This document shows, piece by piece, positions 1-11,900 of a DNA stretch of 64,000 nt. The DNA is taken from the NCBI RefSeq assembly GCF_000143415.4, contig NW_003314277.1, positions 197,183 through 261,182 on the forward strand. The letters are read 5' to 3'. The notes under the pieces were generated by a model that saw only the letters and a program-made list of their open reading frames with translations, made no database searches and was not told the origin of the DNA. The translations under genes and the position numbers were made by a program. The DNA is from Selaginella moellendorffii (Eukaryota; Plantae; Lycopodiophyta). The stretch's first letter is position 1; each line of letters begins with the position of its first letter.

Positions 1-3000
1 AACCATAAGAACATGTGGTATTGCGAAAAGCCATAAGTTATCAAAAAGAACAATTAACCATCAAGAAAGATAGTTAATCATCCTATCAATGAAAAGATGT
101 ATAATCATCATCAAAGAAAGAATCCACCATCCGAAGAATGGCAAATCATTCTAGATTAACAACAATCAAGCAAAAGCTTTTGACGAAGATAATCAACTAT
201 CCTAAATGATAATCAATTATCACCAATGATTGGTAGATGCAAAAGCTAACTTAAATATTGAAACTAATAAGCCAAAATACCTTTTACAAGAACTCCTAGC
301 AAATGGACTAATGAGCATAAAACTCAAAGAATCAACAACTTGAAGAAGTCTATAGCTAAGTCTTGCTTAACAATGATCATAAGTTTTGCATGAATTAACT
401 TCAATGCTAAAGAAGAAATTTATGGTATAACCTATAATATTCTTCTCAACAAATCCATAAGCCAAACTTCATAATGCTAAAGCTAATGAAGAGCATATCT
501 ACATCAATCCAAAAGCTAAGTATAATAGAGTTATGTTCAACAAGTGATCATTAAATCGATCCTTCATGAATCCATCTATATTAAGACGTAACTCACTTCA
601 TAACAAACACAAGAAAAATCATCAATAATTAATATATTTTAACTCAAATCTAATAAAGATTCAAACATTTCAATATTGAACACTAACTCTTCTTCTCATA
701 AAGCTAGTATAGTCCATGATTAAATCACTTTTCAAGGAAAAGCTAAAGCTCAACCCCAACTAAACAATCTCGTTTAGAACATAACTAACTCCACTTGCCA
801 CTCAGTTCATTTGAATGCTAATATAGTTGTTAATTAGCAAATGCACGAATGCTAATAATATAAAGTTACAGCCAAATCATCAACATTATTTTCATTAAGA
901 CTAATGAAACTTAATATCACTCTTACAGGGAAACATCTCATTTCACTCAAATCTCAACATCAACAATGTCAGCAACAAGGCATCACTTCAATGCCACTAA
1001 CACCATCACAAAACTAATAAAAACAAGAGTGAATCACCACTCAAAACTCTTTAGCAACCAAGCTAATCAAAGTCGAAGATACTTTAGTCAGTATCCGAGA
1101 CTAAACCTTTAACAATACTTAATTATAGATAACACATCATTAAAGAGTGATTCACCACATTCAAGACTCCATGAAATCTAACACTAGAGACTAAACGTAT
1201 CCAAATGATATCAATAGAGGTATTGTCAATATGCCAACATGGAAAAACCATGCAAGTCTAACAACACGATCCTTCACAATATCACCTAGTAAAGCAAGCC
1301 CATTATCGATAAATTGTTATCGAGCGAGGCAAGTGTCAATAGTCTTTAGTGAAGTTTACAAGCAATCACTAGTTGCAAAACAACCAAGAATCACTTTTCA
1401 ACTTGCCTTTACAAGACATAAACACTAAACTCATGCCATCAAGTTATATACTTGTCTAACATGAATGTAATACCCTAGTACGAGATGAAGGTTCATGGAG
1501 AAGCACGAACTAAATAACTACTCGAATCCAACTCAACCGCATTAAACTCACTAATGCATTTAGCCAACAACTCTAAGCATGCCTTGATGAGGCTAACTAT
1601 GCATGATTAACATTCAGTCGAAACTAAAATGAAGACCATGAGATGGAGTCATATTAGTACACAACCTCCTCATAGATAAAATTACAACATGGGTACCAAT
1701 ATCTCAACCTCAAATAACTAAGTTGGACATCACCACCCTCAGCTAAGGCGCAAGGGTACCAAGACTAAGTCAAAATCAGTGAGAGCTCACTACTCTCATA
1801 GAGTTTAACGAAATGCAAGATGCAACCTACCACCAAGCACTATGTTATAGAAGAAAGGCATAAGGGTGACTTTTTTTGGAAAAGTGCAACAACCACTTTT
1901 CTACACTAACTCCAAACACTATCCAACTTAATTGCTTTAACCCCAAAAGTCAAAATCCCTTTCGGGCTGCATTATACAAACTATCTACTAAGGTTTAAAC
2001 CAACTGAACTCAATTCCAACCCCTTCACTAGTTTGTACTGGCTTTCGAAAATAGAGTGGTTTTCAAATAAAATGATCAATAAATTAGCCATTGGAGAAGT
2101 CTAAGAAAATTTGTGAAAAATTTTCCATCCCAGAGAAAGAATGACTCTCAATCCAAGAATACAAACTTTCAAGACTCAACCAATTTCCTCTTACTAACAA
2201 CTTCACATAAGTTCACCTTAACACTAATTCTCATGATTCAACAGTATGTTTAAGCATCGAACATCTTGCCCATATATCTGACATCTAACACTGACATCCG
2301 CAAAAATGCAAAATGAACATCCTAAGCTTGATGATGAAAACCACATCTTCGAATATCCATATTGCACTTAACACTTTTCTTCAATCACCTTCAAGATCTA
2401 ATGCAAAGCCAAAACATTGACATGAAAAATTAAGATCCAAGGAAAATTCCTCATCATTCAAAATAACAATGTCACTTCCATTAACATAAGTGCTAGTGAT
2501 GTTAATGCCTTAACTTCACACCTTCTTCATCCAACAATTTACTCCAAGTGTTAATGGATTAACTGACGAGTTATAGCAAATGAATGCTACAACCCTTTTC
2601 CAACACCTCAATAGACAAACTCAAGGAACAAAAGAACCAATTTAAGCTTAGCATAATAGACCACCATTGAGAATCTAGTTAATGCTACATTGTGCAAGTA
2701 GACTAACTTCTCCATCAACCACTTTAAGGTTGATCATCATTTAACCAAGCAACTTTGTAAAAATATTGCTCATTATCACATGGATATGTTATAAAAATTA
2801 CAATAACTTGATCATCAATTGAGCAACACCACGAGCAATGCCCATATCACTACTTCAAAGTTTATGTGAACATCAAGTGCTAACTCAATTCGATAAAATG
2901 CAACATAAATGCCACACTCTACTGATAGAGATTTACAACATCAGATACCACTAACTTTTGTTCACAACATGCACAAGTTTATGCCACTCTTTTTTTGACC

Positions 3001-3108
3001 AAATTTAAAACTAATCCAACACCAAACTACTCAAGGAGCAATAACATGGTTCTTGGGAAAAGAATTGAGCATTGTAACCCAAGTCTTCCAATAGCAAGCC
3101 TAGACAAA
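1..3108 (-). mobile_element. Internal region of non-coding LTR element family B (older copy, cut by window edge and by an LTR insertion)
   Basis: Colinear by eye with ~20050-23190 inside the LTR-bounded element 17806-25065. No long ORF. Ends at ...GCAAGCCTAGACAAA where a TGTAAG LTR begins. Confidence 0.85.
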
Positions 3109-3689
3109 TGTAAGTGACTAATTTTTCCATTCTATTTTAGTCATTTAACTACACCTTTGACCACTTGAAGAAATCTCACTCACAACCTCCATAAATATTA
3201 TTCCGAACTTGGGGACTTGCTAGCCCCAAGAATGGTATCTCTACCACTCAATTGTTGCACTTGGTCCAAGTGCTCTATGTGTCTAGTCTCATGACCGACA
3301 CCCAAAGGTACCACTGATATATCAGCCCGTTATGCTAATGCCATGCCCATTCACCTTTGTTGCATTAGTGGTCCAATACCACTTGCATCACCTTCCCATC
3401 TCTCCAAGACTGGGCCATTTGTCCACGAATAGTCATCCCAAATCCACTCCTTAGCATCCTTAAGATGCCTATAGACATGGGGAATAACTTTCCTCAATAT
3501 CCCTTTGTCAGTCCCTACCAAGTCCCTTTTTTATCCATGGCCATGTTCACCAACATTGCCATTAAATCAAGGCCCGCAGGCCCGGCCACTAAGTCCCATT
3601 GTCCTCTGAGACTTCCTTACTATATGACTGTATCATTAGTCACTATTGCTTTGGGCTTTCACCCAACAGCCTGTATTAGTATTCAGGCT

Positions 3690-3925
3690 TGGACTCGGAC
3701 TCAAACTCAGACTCGGACTCGGTCTCAGTCTCGGTTTTGGACACGGACTTGGTCTCGGTGTCAGTCTCGGTCTCAGTTCCATCTTGGACTCCATCTCGGA
3801 CTCCATCTCGGACTCTATTTCAGGCCCATCTTAAACTCCATCTCGAACTCCATCTCGGGTCCATCTCGGACTCCATCTCGGGTCCATCTCGGACTCCATC
3901 TCGGGTCCATCTTGGACTCCATCTT
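3690..3925. repeat. Hexamer/dodecamer array (GACTCG/GTCTCG, CCATCTCGGACT) in the family C LTR
   Basis: Visible tandem periodicity. It produces the SD/TR/LGL low-complexity ORFs. Confidence 0.85.
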
Positions 3926-6900
3926 GCTTCATGCTTGTTCCTCGAGCGCTTTGTTGGGGGTTCCACTCCCGCTCTTGACCTTTTAAGTTGAAGCTTTTAG
4001 TCCAAATGTGTTACGCTCGTTTGGTTTTCACTTCGGCCACTACTACATGGCACCCTTTCGGCTCCACTTTGGGGCCTAGGGATTTTGAGTCTCACAACTC
4101 CACCACCCATAGACAAAGTTCAATGTCCTTGTTGAACGATAAATTATTTTATAAAGTAATACCAATTTGTATTACCCTTTCCATCTTTGGCCCCTCGGCA
4201 ATATTTGTCAATGGTTTAATACTGAAGGCTTACCATGTTTTGCCCATCCTCCAAGGAGCATAGTCTCTCCAACTTAAAAACTCATTTGACCACTTGTGAT
4301 GGTTCTCTCATTTTATTGGTTTAGTTCTCACTAAACCTGTTAGAGACACCTTCTCTATCTCAAACCTACTACTTATGCTCAAGTAGTCTCAATTTCTATC
4401 GACATAACCTTTGCACTTTAGAATTTTTAATTTTGACTTCTCAAAGTCAATTTCTTAAATGTCTTCGACACTTTGCATTGCACATATGGTGCAACTCCAC
4501 TTCCCCATCCTAAAAAGTTCTCTACTTAAGGGCATTATTATCCTCTCTTTGATTTCGTGCCATCTTTGGCACTAAGTTTCAGTTATCATAATTTGTGCTA
4601 AGGCTGCCCATGGCTCTATCATTTGGCTACTTTACTGCTCCCCCCCTTGGAGCTTCCACTTTCACCAAATCGGAGTAATTGGGAATCCATCCTTGGAAAA
4701 ACATTGCCTTTCCCATAATTCGTTAGCACCCAATACATTAGTGGTCTTGGCCTAACTTTGCCATTTGGATTCTTTCCCATAATTCTCATGGCTATTTTTT
4801 TAGCCACTAGTCTTTTGCTCCTATCCTTGATTATTGCACCTAGTAACATAGGATCGCTACCTCCATTCTTGAGGTATTCTTTTGCTTGCATAGCAAAGAC
4901 TTTGTTTTGCCAAGTCTAAAGGGTGTTCACCTCTAGTATATCTCTTTAGCATTTTCTGCTGTGGGCTCTATCCACGGCTTAACTTTATGACCCTCCTATG
5001 GGTTTATTATAAAGACTACTTTCTTCAGACTCTCTATGCCATCGCATTGACATAATTCATTTCCCTTAGATGTTCTTCCCACTTGGTTATCTTAACCAAA
5101 CCACACTTTTATCAATAGTTCAAATCAACACTTTGAACTAGGAACCTTATTCCTTAACCTCACAAGGACTTTGTCCTTGTTTTAGCCATAAAATCACTTA
5201 GTGATCTAACCTTAGCACCTTAATAGGTTTGCCAATAGGTATTAAGTTTTCCAAACCTTTAAGTTGTTCACCATGGCTTCGGGGGACATCCCCCACACTT
5301 GACGGTGCACCCAAGCCAGCCCTTTCGACCAAGGGTCCATAGCAACTGAGATTGGGTGTCCCCATCCCTTACACTACGTCTTTGGTGCCACTCACACCAA
5401 AGTATTAGTTAGATATGCCAAGCCACACTAAATAATCTAATTGTGCATCACGACTCTAGGGCATCCCCCACTTGGCGGTGTGCCCAAGCTAGTCTCCGTA
5501 CTAAGAGTCCATAACCACTGAAAAATGAATGTCCTCATATTCCAAACTATCACCGCACCCTAGTGAGTTGGGACTCGAACCTAAGCACTAGAGGGTTGGG
5601 ACTCGAACCAAACCTCTGTATATGTATCTATGGATGACATCACCCAAGATGCCTGGCATGACTCCCCATGCCAGTGCACCAACTTATACTTAAAGTGCAT
5701 TAGAAATCACAACTTAGGAACCTAATTCCTCCGCACTATTAAATCCTTTCACTTGACAAGTTTGTGGTCATGTATAAACTCCTTCATGCTTGGCCCCATG
5801 GGCCACCCCTTTTGATGTTAACACCTTCAACTAGGGGATTTGTTCCCCTGATTTGCCAATCTCGCTTAGCAAGTCATTCGATCAATGTAACATGGTTTCA
5901 TGCATAAGCGTGAAAGTCTTTGACCATTGACTTTTGTTCAAAGACATCTCTTTGAACACTAGAGAACTACTTCCCCAACCTTGATAGCATTGCCTTATGA
6001 CAAGCTTCGAGACCACACTTCTACTGCGCCACTTTGATTTCGTGCATTTCATGAACTATTTACACTTGGCTTTCTAAGTACTAAATTATCTAGAATTTGT
6101 CTTTGGGAACCTTGAAGGAACTTTGTCCTTTAACTTGCTAAGGCTTTTCCTTTCACAAGGTTTTTAATTGCCATATGGTCTAATATGGACAATTCTATGC
6201 TTTAGACTCTTCATGGCATCATAGTTGCTAGTAACAACATGCTTGAGTGCCCATTTGATTTTCCACTCCCAACTGGCATAATCAGTTTTTGTTATGCTTT
6301 TCAATTCCTATAGTTTAGTTCTTTCTACCATGCTTTAGCAAGTATTCTTAGGGATGAACTTACCCCATAGTGTAGGTAGTGGTTCTTCAATCTGGGTATG
6401 CTCACCTTATAATCCCACACACCGGGATTAACGTTGCTATTTATGGGCCTTTATATGCCCATCACTAGCCTTGCCAAAATTCCATTTTTGGCTTTGTCCA
6501 ATTCAAGTAAATAGTTTTCTTCCATCTCTGCAACCTTAGATGTTTAGATAACATCGTTTATCCATCATTCGCTAGGGATTTAATCCCTTGGGCCTTATTT
6601 ATTGCCCTTGCGACACCAAATACCACCTCTTGGTGTTCTAAAGTGTTTGGGTGTCTCAATGATAACTTCTTTGACAATGAGTATTCCCTTTTACAACATT
6701 GACTTACTATATCGCAATATAAGCAATTTATCCCCCATAAGGGTATATTTAAATTCTTTATGCCATTGGGAAGTATTGGGTAATTACTTTTTACCATTTT
6801 AACTGATTATCTTGCACCATTTGCTTAGTTGTTTTATAGTTGTCAAGTTCTACAACTCAGTGCTAATGTTTTCCACACCTCCATCATTATCTGGGTCACC

Positions 6901-7359
6901 ACTCTCCAACTGCATGCCTTCCAGTTTAGGCTATGCCATTTTCATTTTCATTAGAATTCCTTTGGGAAGGGGTTCTCGCGAACCCACCAACTCACCTTAA
7001 GGCATCACGCCTTGGCACATTCGGTGTCTCCACACCGTTAGCTCCACAAGCCTACCTTTATGACATTTCTTACTTGTGTCTAGGTTTTTGCCAAGATTAA
7101 TATAGTTCTTTCTCATGCTAACTATTCGTTAGCACTGCATTATAAAGTTTACACACAACTTTGTGTCAAAGTTGTTTTCTTTTGAACACCTTCCCCACAT
7201 TAGTATGGCACATTTTGCCCTTGATGAGATACTCACTATTCTCATACCTGGATCTTATAACCTTCCCCAACTTTTGTGGGGCACAACACACTTTAGTCCA
7301 AATGCTTTTACTAATCCTTTAGGACCATTCCTTGACTCTATTTGAGTTGTCCAACATTT

Positions 7360-8506
7360 TGTAAGCCACAAATTTTTCCTTTCCAATTTGCCAGCTTACC
7401 TCGTCTATCCGTCCAACACTGCCTTGGCTTTTGCTAAGTTCCCTTGCCAAGGTTCTCGCCTATGGTACTAGCTCCTACTTGGTTTCAGCTACTCACTGCA
7501 CGAGCAATGGAGCGTTAGCCATCCTTCCACGGATTCCCAAATCACTCCCAATCCCCCTCCCCGGGTTAGACTGGACTTAAGGTTCGGCTACACTCCCCGC
7601 AAGCACAAGCAGCCAAGCACACCAAGCTTCCTGGTTCCTAACATCCCTTGGTACCACAAGACTTGATCATGGGACCCTCTAAATCCCAAGTCTTGAGTGC
7701 AACACTTGCTTCGGGACGCCGGGGCGAAACACCGTGGCCTAACGGCCCGGCATGGGTACCTCTCGCCCCCCACTTCCATCCCGAAGGAAGGCCCAAGCCC
7801 CTAGAAGGGCGAGGACCAATGAGCCGCATGGTACTCAAGTGGGGCACCACTCCACATGAGCCGGGAGCACCGCAATCGGTTTCCCTTTGGGGAGTGGGAG
7901 CTGCTCTTGAGCACTTCCTTGGATGGCCCCTCCGGCACCAACCAAGTCCATGCTCACTCCCACCCAAGGCCCCTCGGTCCCAGTCCCAACCTCAAGTCAG
8001 TTTGGGAGCCCCACTGGAGAGTCCCTTCTAAACTGGTTCCTGGACCTCACTATCCCTACTATACTTTTGGAACCCCCTGCAGCCCCCCCCCCCTGGGGGA
8101 CGCACGCTTTGGGCTTTCACCCCTTGACCCGTATTAGTATTTGGACTTAGTCTCTGGCTCGATCTCGGATCCGATTTCGGATCCGACTTCGGATTCGGTC
8201 TCGGACTCGATCGCGGACTCGATCTCGGACCCGATCTCGGGCCTGACCTCGGACTCGACTTCGGACTCGGTCTCGGACCCGATTTCGGATCTTGGACTTC
8301 GTCTCGAACTCGGTCTCGAACTCGGACTCGAACTCGGTCCCCGAGTCGGTCTTGGACTCGATTCCGGACTCTATCTCGAACTCGGTCCTAGAGTCGGTCT
8401 TGGACTCGATCTTTGACTTGGTCCCATCCGATGAACTCTTTGTCATTTTGGTCATGCTTTCGGGGTTCCCTTAGCCTACGACACCTCGGCGAGTTGGTTC
8501 CTTACA
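7360..8506 (-). repeat. 3' LTR of element A (1147 bp)
   Basis: Near-identical to 13742-14889. Adjacent PPT. Confidence 0.96.
8141..8420. repeat. CpG-rich hexamer array (nnCTCG-type) in family A LTRs; also 14524-14803 and ~15750-16020
   Basis: Degenerate 6-bp periodicity over ~280 bp. Confidence 0.9.
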
Positions 8507-8518
8507 ACTCCACCACCC
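8507..8518 (-). promoter_or_regulatory. Polypurine tract of element A
   Basis: Minus GGGTGGTGGAGT abutting the 3' LTR. Confidence 0.85.
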
Positions 8519-8909
8519 ATAGAAGAAGTTCGATGCCCACATCGAATGTCTCTTTTTTATCCTACGACTTGTTGACCATGTCTCCGGGGGCATCCCCCCA
8601 CTTAGCGGTGTGCCTAAGTTAGCCTCCCCGGCCAAGAGCTCATGACAACGGAATATAGGTGTCCCTATACTCCACCCCTCACCACGCCCTAGTATGGGGT
8701 CGGGACTTGAACCCAGCCTTGCTTTACTAGGGGGTTGGGACTCGAACCCAACCTCCGTAGAATACGTCTACGGATTCGACATCCCCGCAGGGAGTCGGGC
8801 GTAGCTCCCTACGCCTGGTCGACCTAGCTAACCCATGCTAATTAGCTTACCTTCGGCGCGCCTTCGGGTCCCAACATATGCCATTGCTCAACTTCTCCAA
8901 TTGATACTT

Positions 8910-11900
8910 TTAATTGAACTTTGCATAAGTACATAGAGTTCTGCCATGCAGAAATTCCTCCACTAGATCTCGCGCGTTCACCAGGTTCTCCTCCGGTTCC
9001 CATGTTGCTTCGCAGTGTGGAAATCCTTTCCACTTCACATGGAACTCTCTCACCTCGCGTCCTTGTCGCTTGCTCTTGCGCGCATTGAGGATGGCCTCGA
9101 CTTCGTATTCCTCCTCCCCTTGGATAACCTCAGGTAAAGGTCTTACTTGGTCCTTGCGAAGCGGATCCTCAAAATACGGCTTGAGTAAGTTCACGTGGAA
9201 CACGGGATGCATCTTCCCCATCTCTCGAGGAAGTCGGAGACGGTAAGCCACTTTACCGATTCGAGCCTCAATCTCGTAAGGCCCCGCGAACCTGCTTAAG
9301 GAACTCAAGATCAATTCATTTACAGGAATACATGCATTTTTACCTTTGGGTCAACGTCCGGCTGATCCCACTTGGTAGCCTGAGGTTCTTGGTGTTCAGC
9401 CACACCTTCTCCCCAGCTTGGAACTCCACATCTCGACGCTTTTGGTTCGCGTACTTAGTTTGCCTTTGTTGAGCCCGTTCCAAGGAATCCCTCACTAGAT
9501 TCCAAATGTTGAGTCTTTCCGCCGTGAATGCCTCCACTGCGGGTAACTCTCCATGATACTCGGCCACGCCGAGTTCCACAGGACCTTCAATAGCTCGCCC
9601 ATTGATGACTTCCCATGGACTCACCCCGATGCTCGAATGTGGTGAGTTGTTATAACACATTTCCGCAAGTCCCAAATGACTTACCCAATCGGTCTGGTCT
9701 CCCGAGACATAGCATCGCAAATAATCCTCCAGCTGCCTATTCACCCTTTCCGTTTGTCCGTCTGTCAAGAATTGTTAGTGCCATCAATCTTGACTCAATA
9801 CCCATTACCTGTCTGTGGGTGATAGGCCGTGCTGAATTTCAACTTGGTGCGATACTGTTCTAGGAGTGTCCTCCAGAACCTACTGGTGAAGATCTTATCT
9901 CGATCTGAGATAATCTCTTCCGGCCTTCCCCGCACTCGAACCACTTGTTCGAAGAACAGCTTCGCCACACCTTCCGCATCCACATCCGTTGTGGTGGGTA
10001 TGAAATGTGCCATCTTTGAAAATCGGTCCACCACCACGAATATCGCATCGAACCCCTCGCTTGGGGGTAGTCCCGTGATGAAGTCCATCGTGAGACATTT
10101 CCACGGACGATCTGGAATGGGGATGCTTTGCAACAAGCCCCCACTAGCCTTCGTCACGGCTTTGACCTGCTGACATGTTGGACATGTCTTTACATAGTCT
10201 TGGACGTCCTTAGCCATATCTGGCCAGTGATACTTCCTTTTGAGTAAGCCCATCGTCTTGGGCACTCCGCCGTGTCCCGCGAGAGGTCCATCATGACACT
10301 CTTCCAAGGCTACCTTCCTTAGTTCCCCTTCTGGAACATACACCCTCGTTTGCTTGTAATATATGAGTCCGTTACGTTCCGCATAGCCCGTTTTCTCTTC
10401 CGTTGGCAGCTCACCTCTCTGGTGAGCTTCCCGCGCCTCCAGATTCCTCAGCAACACTTCTTGGGCTAGACCATCACTCTCGTATGCGGTCCGCACATCG
10501 TCCCAAAAGGTTGCTGTCGCGCTAGATATCGCCAACTTCAAGCTCGCTTTTCGACTGAGCGCATCTGCCACGATGTTGCTCTTCCCAGGCTTGTACAGGA
10601 TCTCGCAATCAAACTCGGCCAAAGCATTGGCCCACCGACCTTGTTTTCCTCTTAGGTCGGGCTGTGACAAGAAGTGTTTCGTTGCCACATTGTCCGTGTA
10701 AACCTTGAAGTGTCTCCCAAGGTAGTGTCGCCACTCCTTGAGCGCCTTGACCACCGCAAACAATTCCTTCTCGTGGGCAGGCCACTTCCGTTGAGCCTTG
10801 TCCAGCTTCTTCGAGAAGAACGCTACTGGATGGTTGTCTTGCTTCAAAACTGCGCCCAACGCAAAGTCCGAAGCATCCGTGTCTACCTCAAAGTCTTTAC
10901 CAAAGTCTGGTAAGGCCAACACCGGAGCCTTCCTCAACTTCCCTTTGAGGTGGACGAATGCTGCCTCGCATTCCGCTGTCCATACCATCTTCCCTTTTCC
11001 TGTTTGGTCCGTTAAGGGCAGGGCTACTCTCGAATAGTGTCTGATAAACTTTCGATAGTAGTTGCATAGCCCCAGGAACGCCCTCAACTCATGTACATTC
11101 GATGGTCGTTCCCATTCCTGGATCGCTTGGACCTTCTCCGGGTCCACCTTGAGCCCGTCCTGGCCCACCACATGCCCGAGAAACTTTACCTCTTGTTGAG
11201 CAAAGTCACATTTGCTCTCTTTAGCATACAGTTTGTGTTCCCTTAGTTTCTCAAACACCTTCGCCAAGTGTTCGGCATGCTCCTCTAGCGTCTCGCTATA
11301 GATCAAGATGTCGTCAATATAGACGACCACGAAGCGATCCAGATAGGGTACAAAGATGTGGTTCATCAACGCCGAAAATGTTGCCGGCGCATTGCACAGC
11401 CCAAAGGGCATCACCAAAAACTCAAAGCTCCCATACCTCGTTCGACAGGTTGTCTTCTCGACATCTTCCTCAGCTACCCTGATTTGGTAGTATCCTGACC
11501 TTAGGTCAATCCTCGAGAAGTATTTTGCCTTTCCCAACCTATCGAACAGGTCCTCGATCCTTGGCAAAGGGTACTTGTTCTTCTTGGTATACTTGTTGAG
11601 CAACCGGTAGTCTATGCACATGCGTATAGATCCATCTTTCTTTTTCACAAATAGCACCGGCGCCCCATACGGTGACTTGCTCAACCTAACATACCCTTTG
11701 TCCACCAACTCCTCTAGTTGGCTCTTGAGCTCCTTGAGTTCTTTTTCGTTCAATCGATAGGGTGGACGAACCACCGCCTCAGCACCCTCGACCAGCTCAA
11801 TCTTATGTTCTATCGGTCGTGCGGGGGGCAACCCTGCCGGTAGCTCCTCCGGCATCGTATCCTGGAATTGGTCCAGCACCTGCTGGATCACTAAAGGTAC

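Noticed and set aside
3465-3991. SD-repeat or adhesin-like ORFs (also 8141-8474 and 14524-14857 on plus)
   Set aside because: By-products of the LTR hexamer array.
8697-8753. tRNA gene
   Set aside because: Only T-arm-like hairpins, with no D arm, anticodon arm or acceptor stem in tRNA order. Kept as a structural finding.
8890-8935. Possible third intron after the chromodomain
   Set aside because: Weak acceptor context, and the frame already ends at a plausible position after the chromodomain, as in the older relative.
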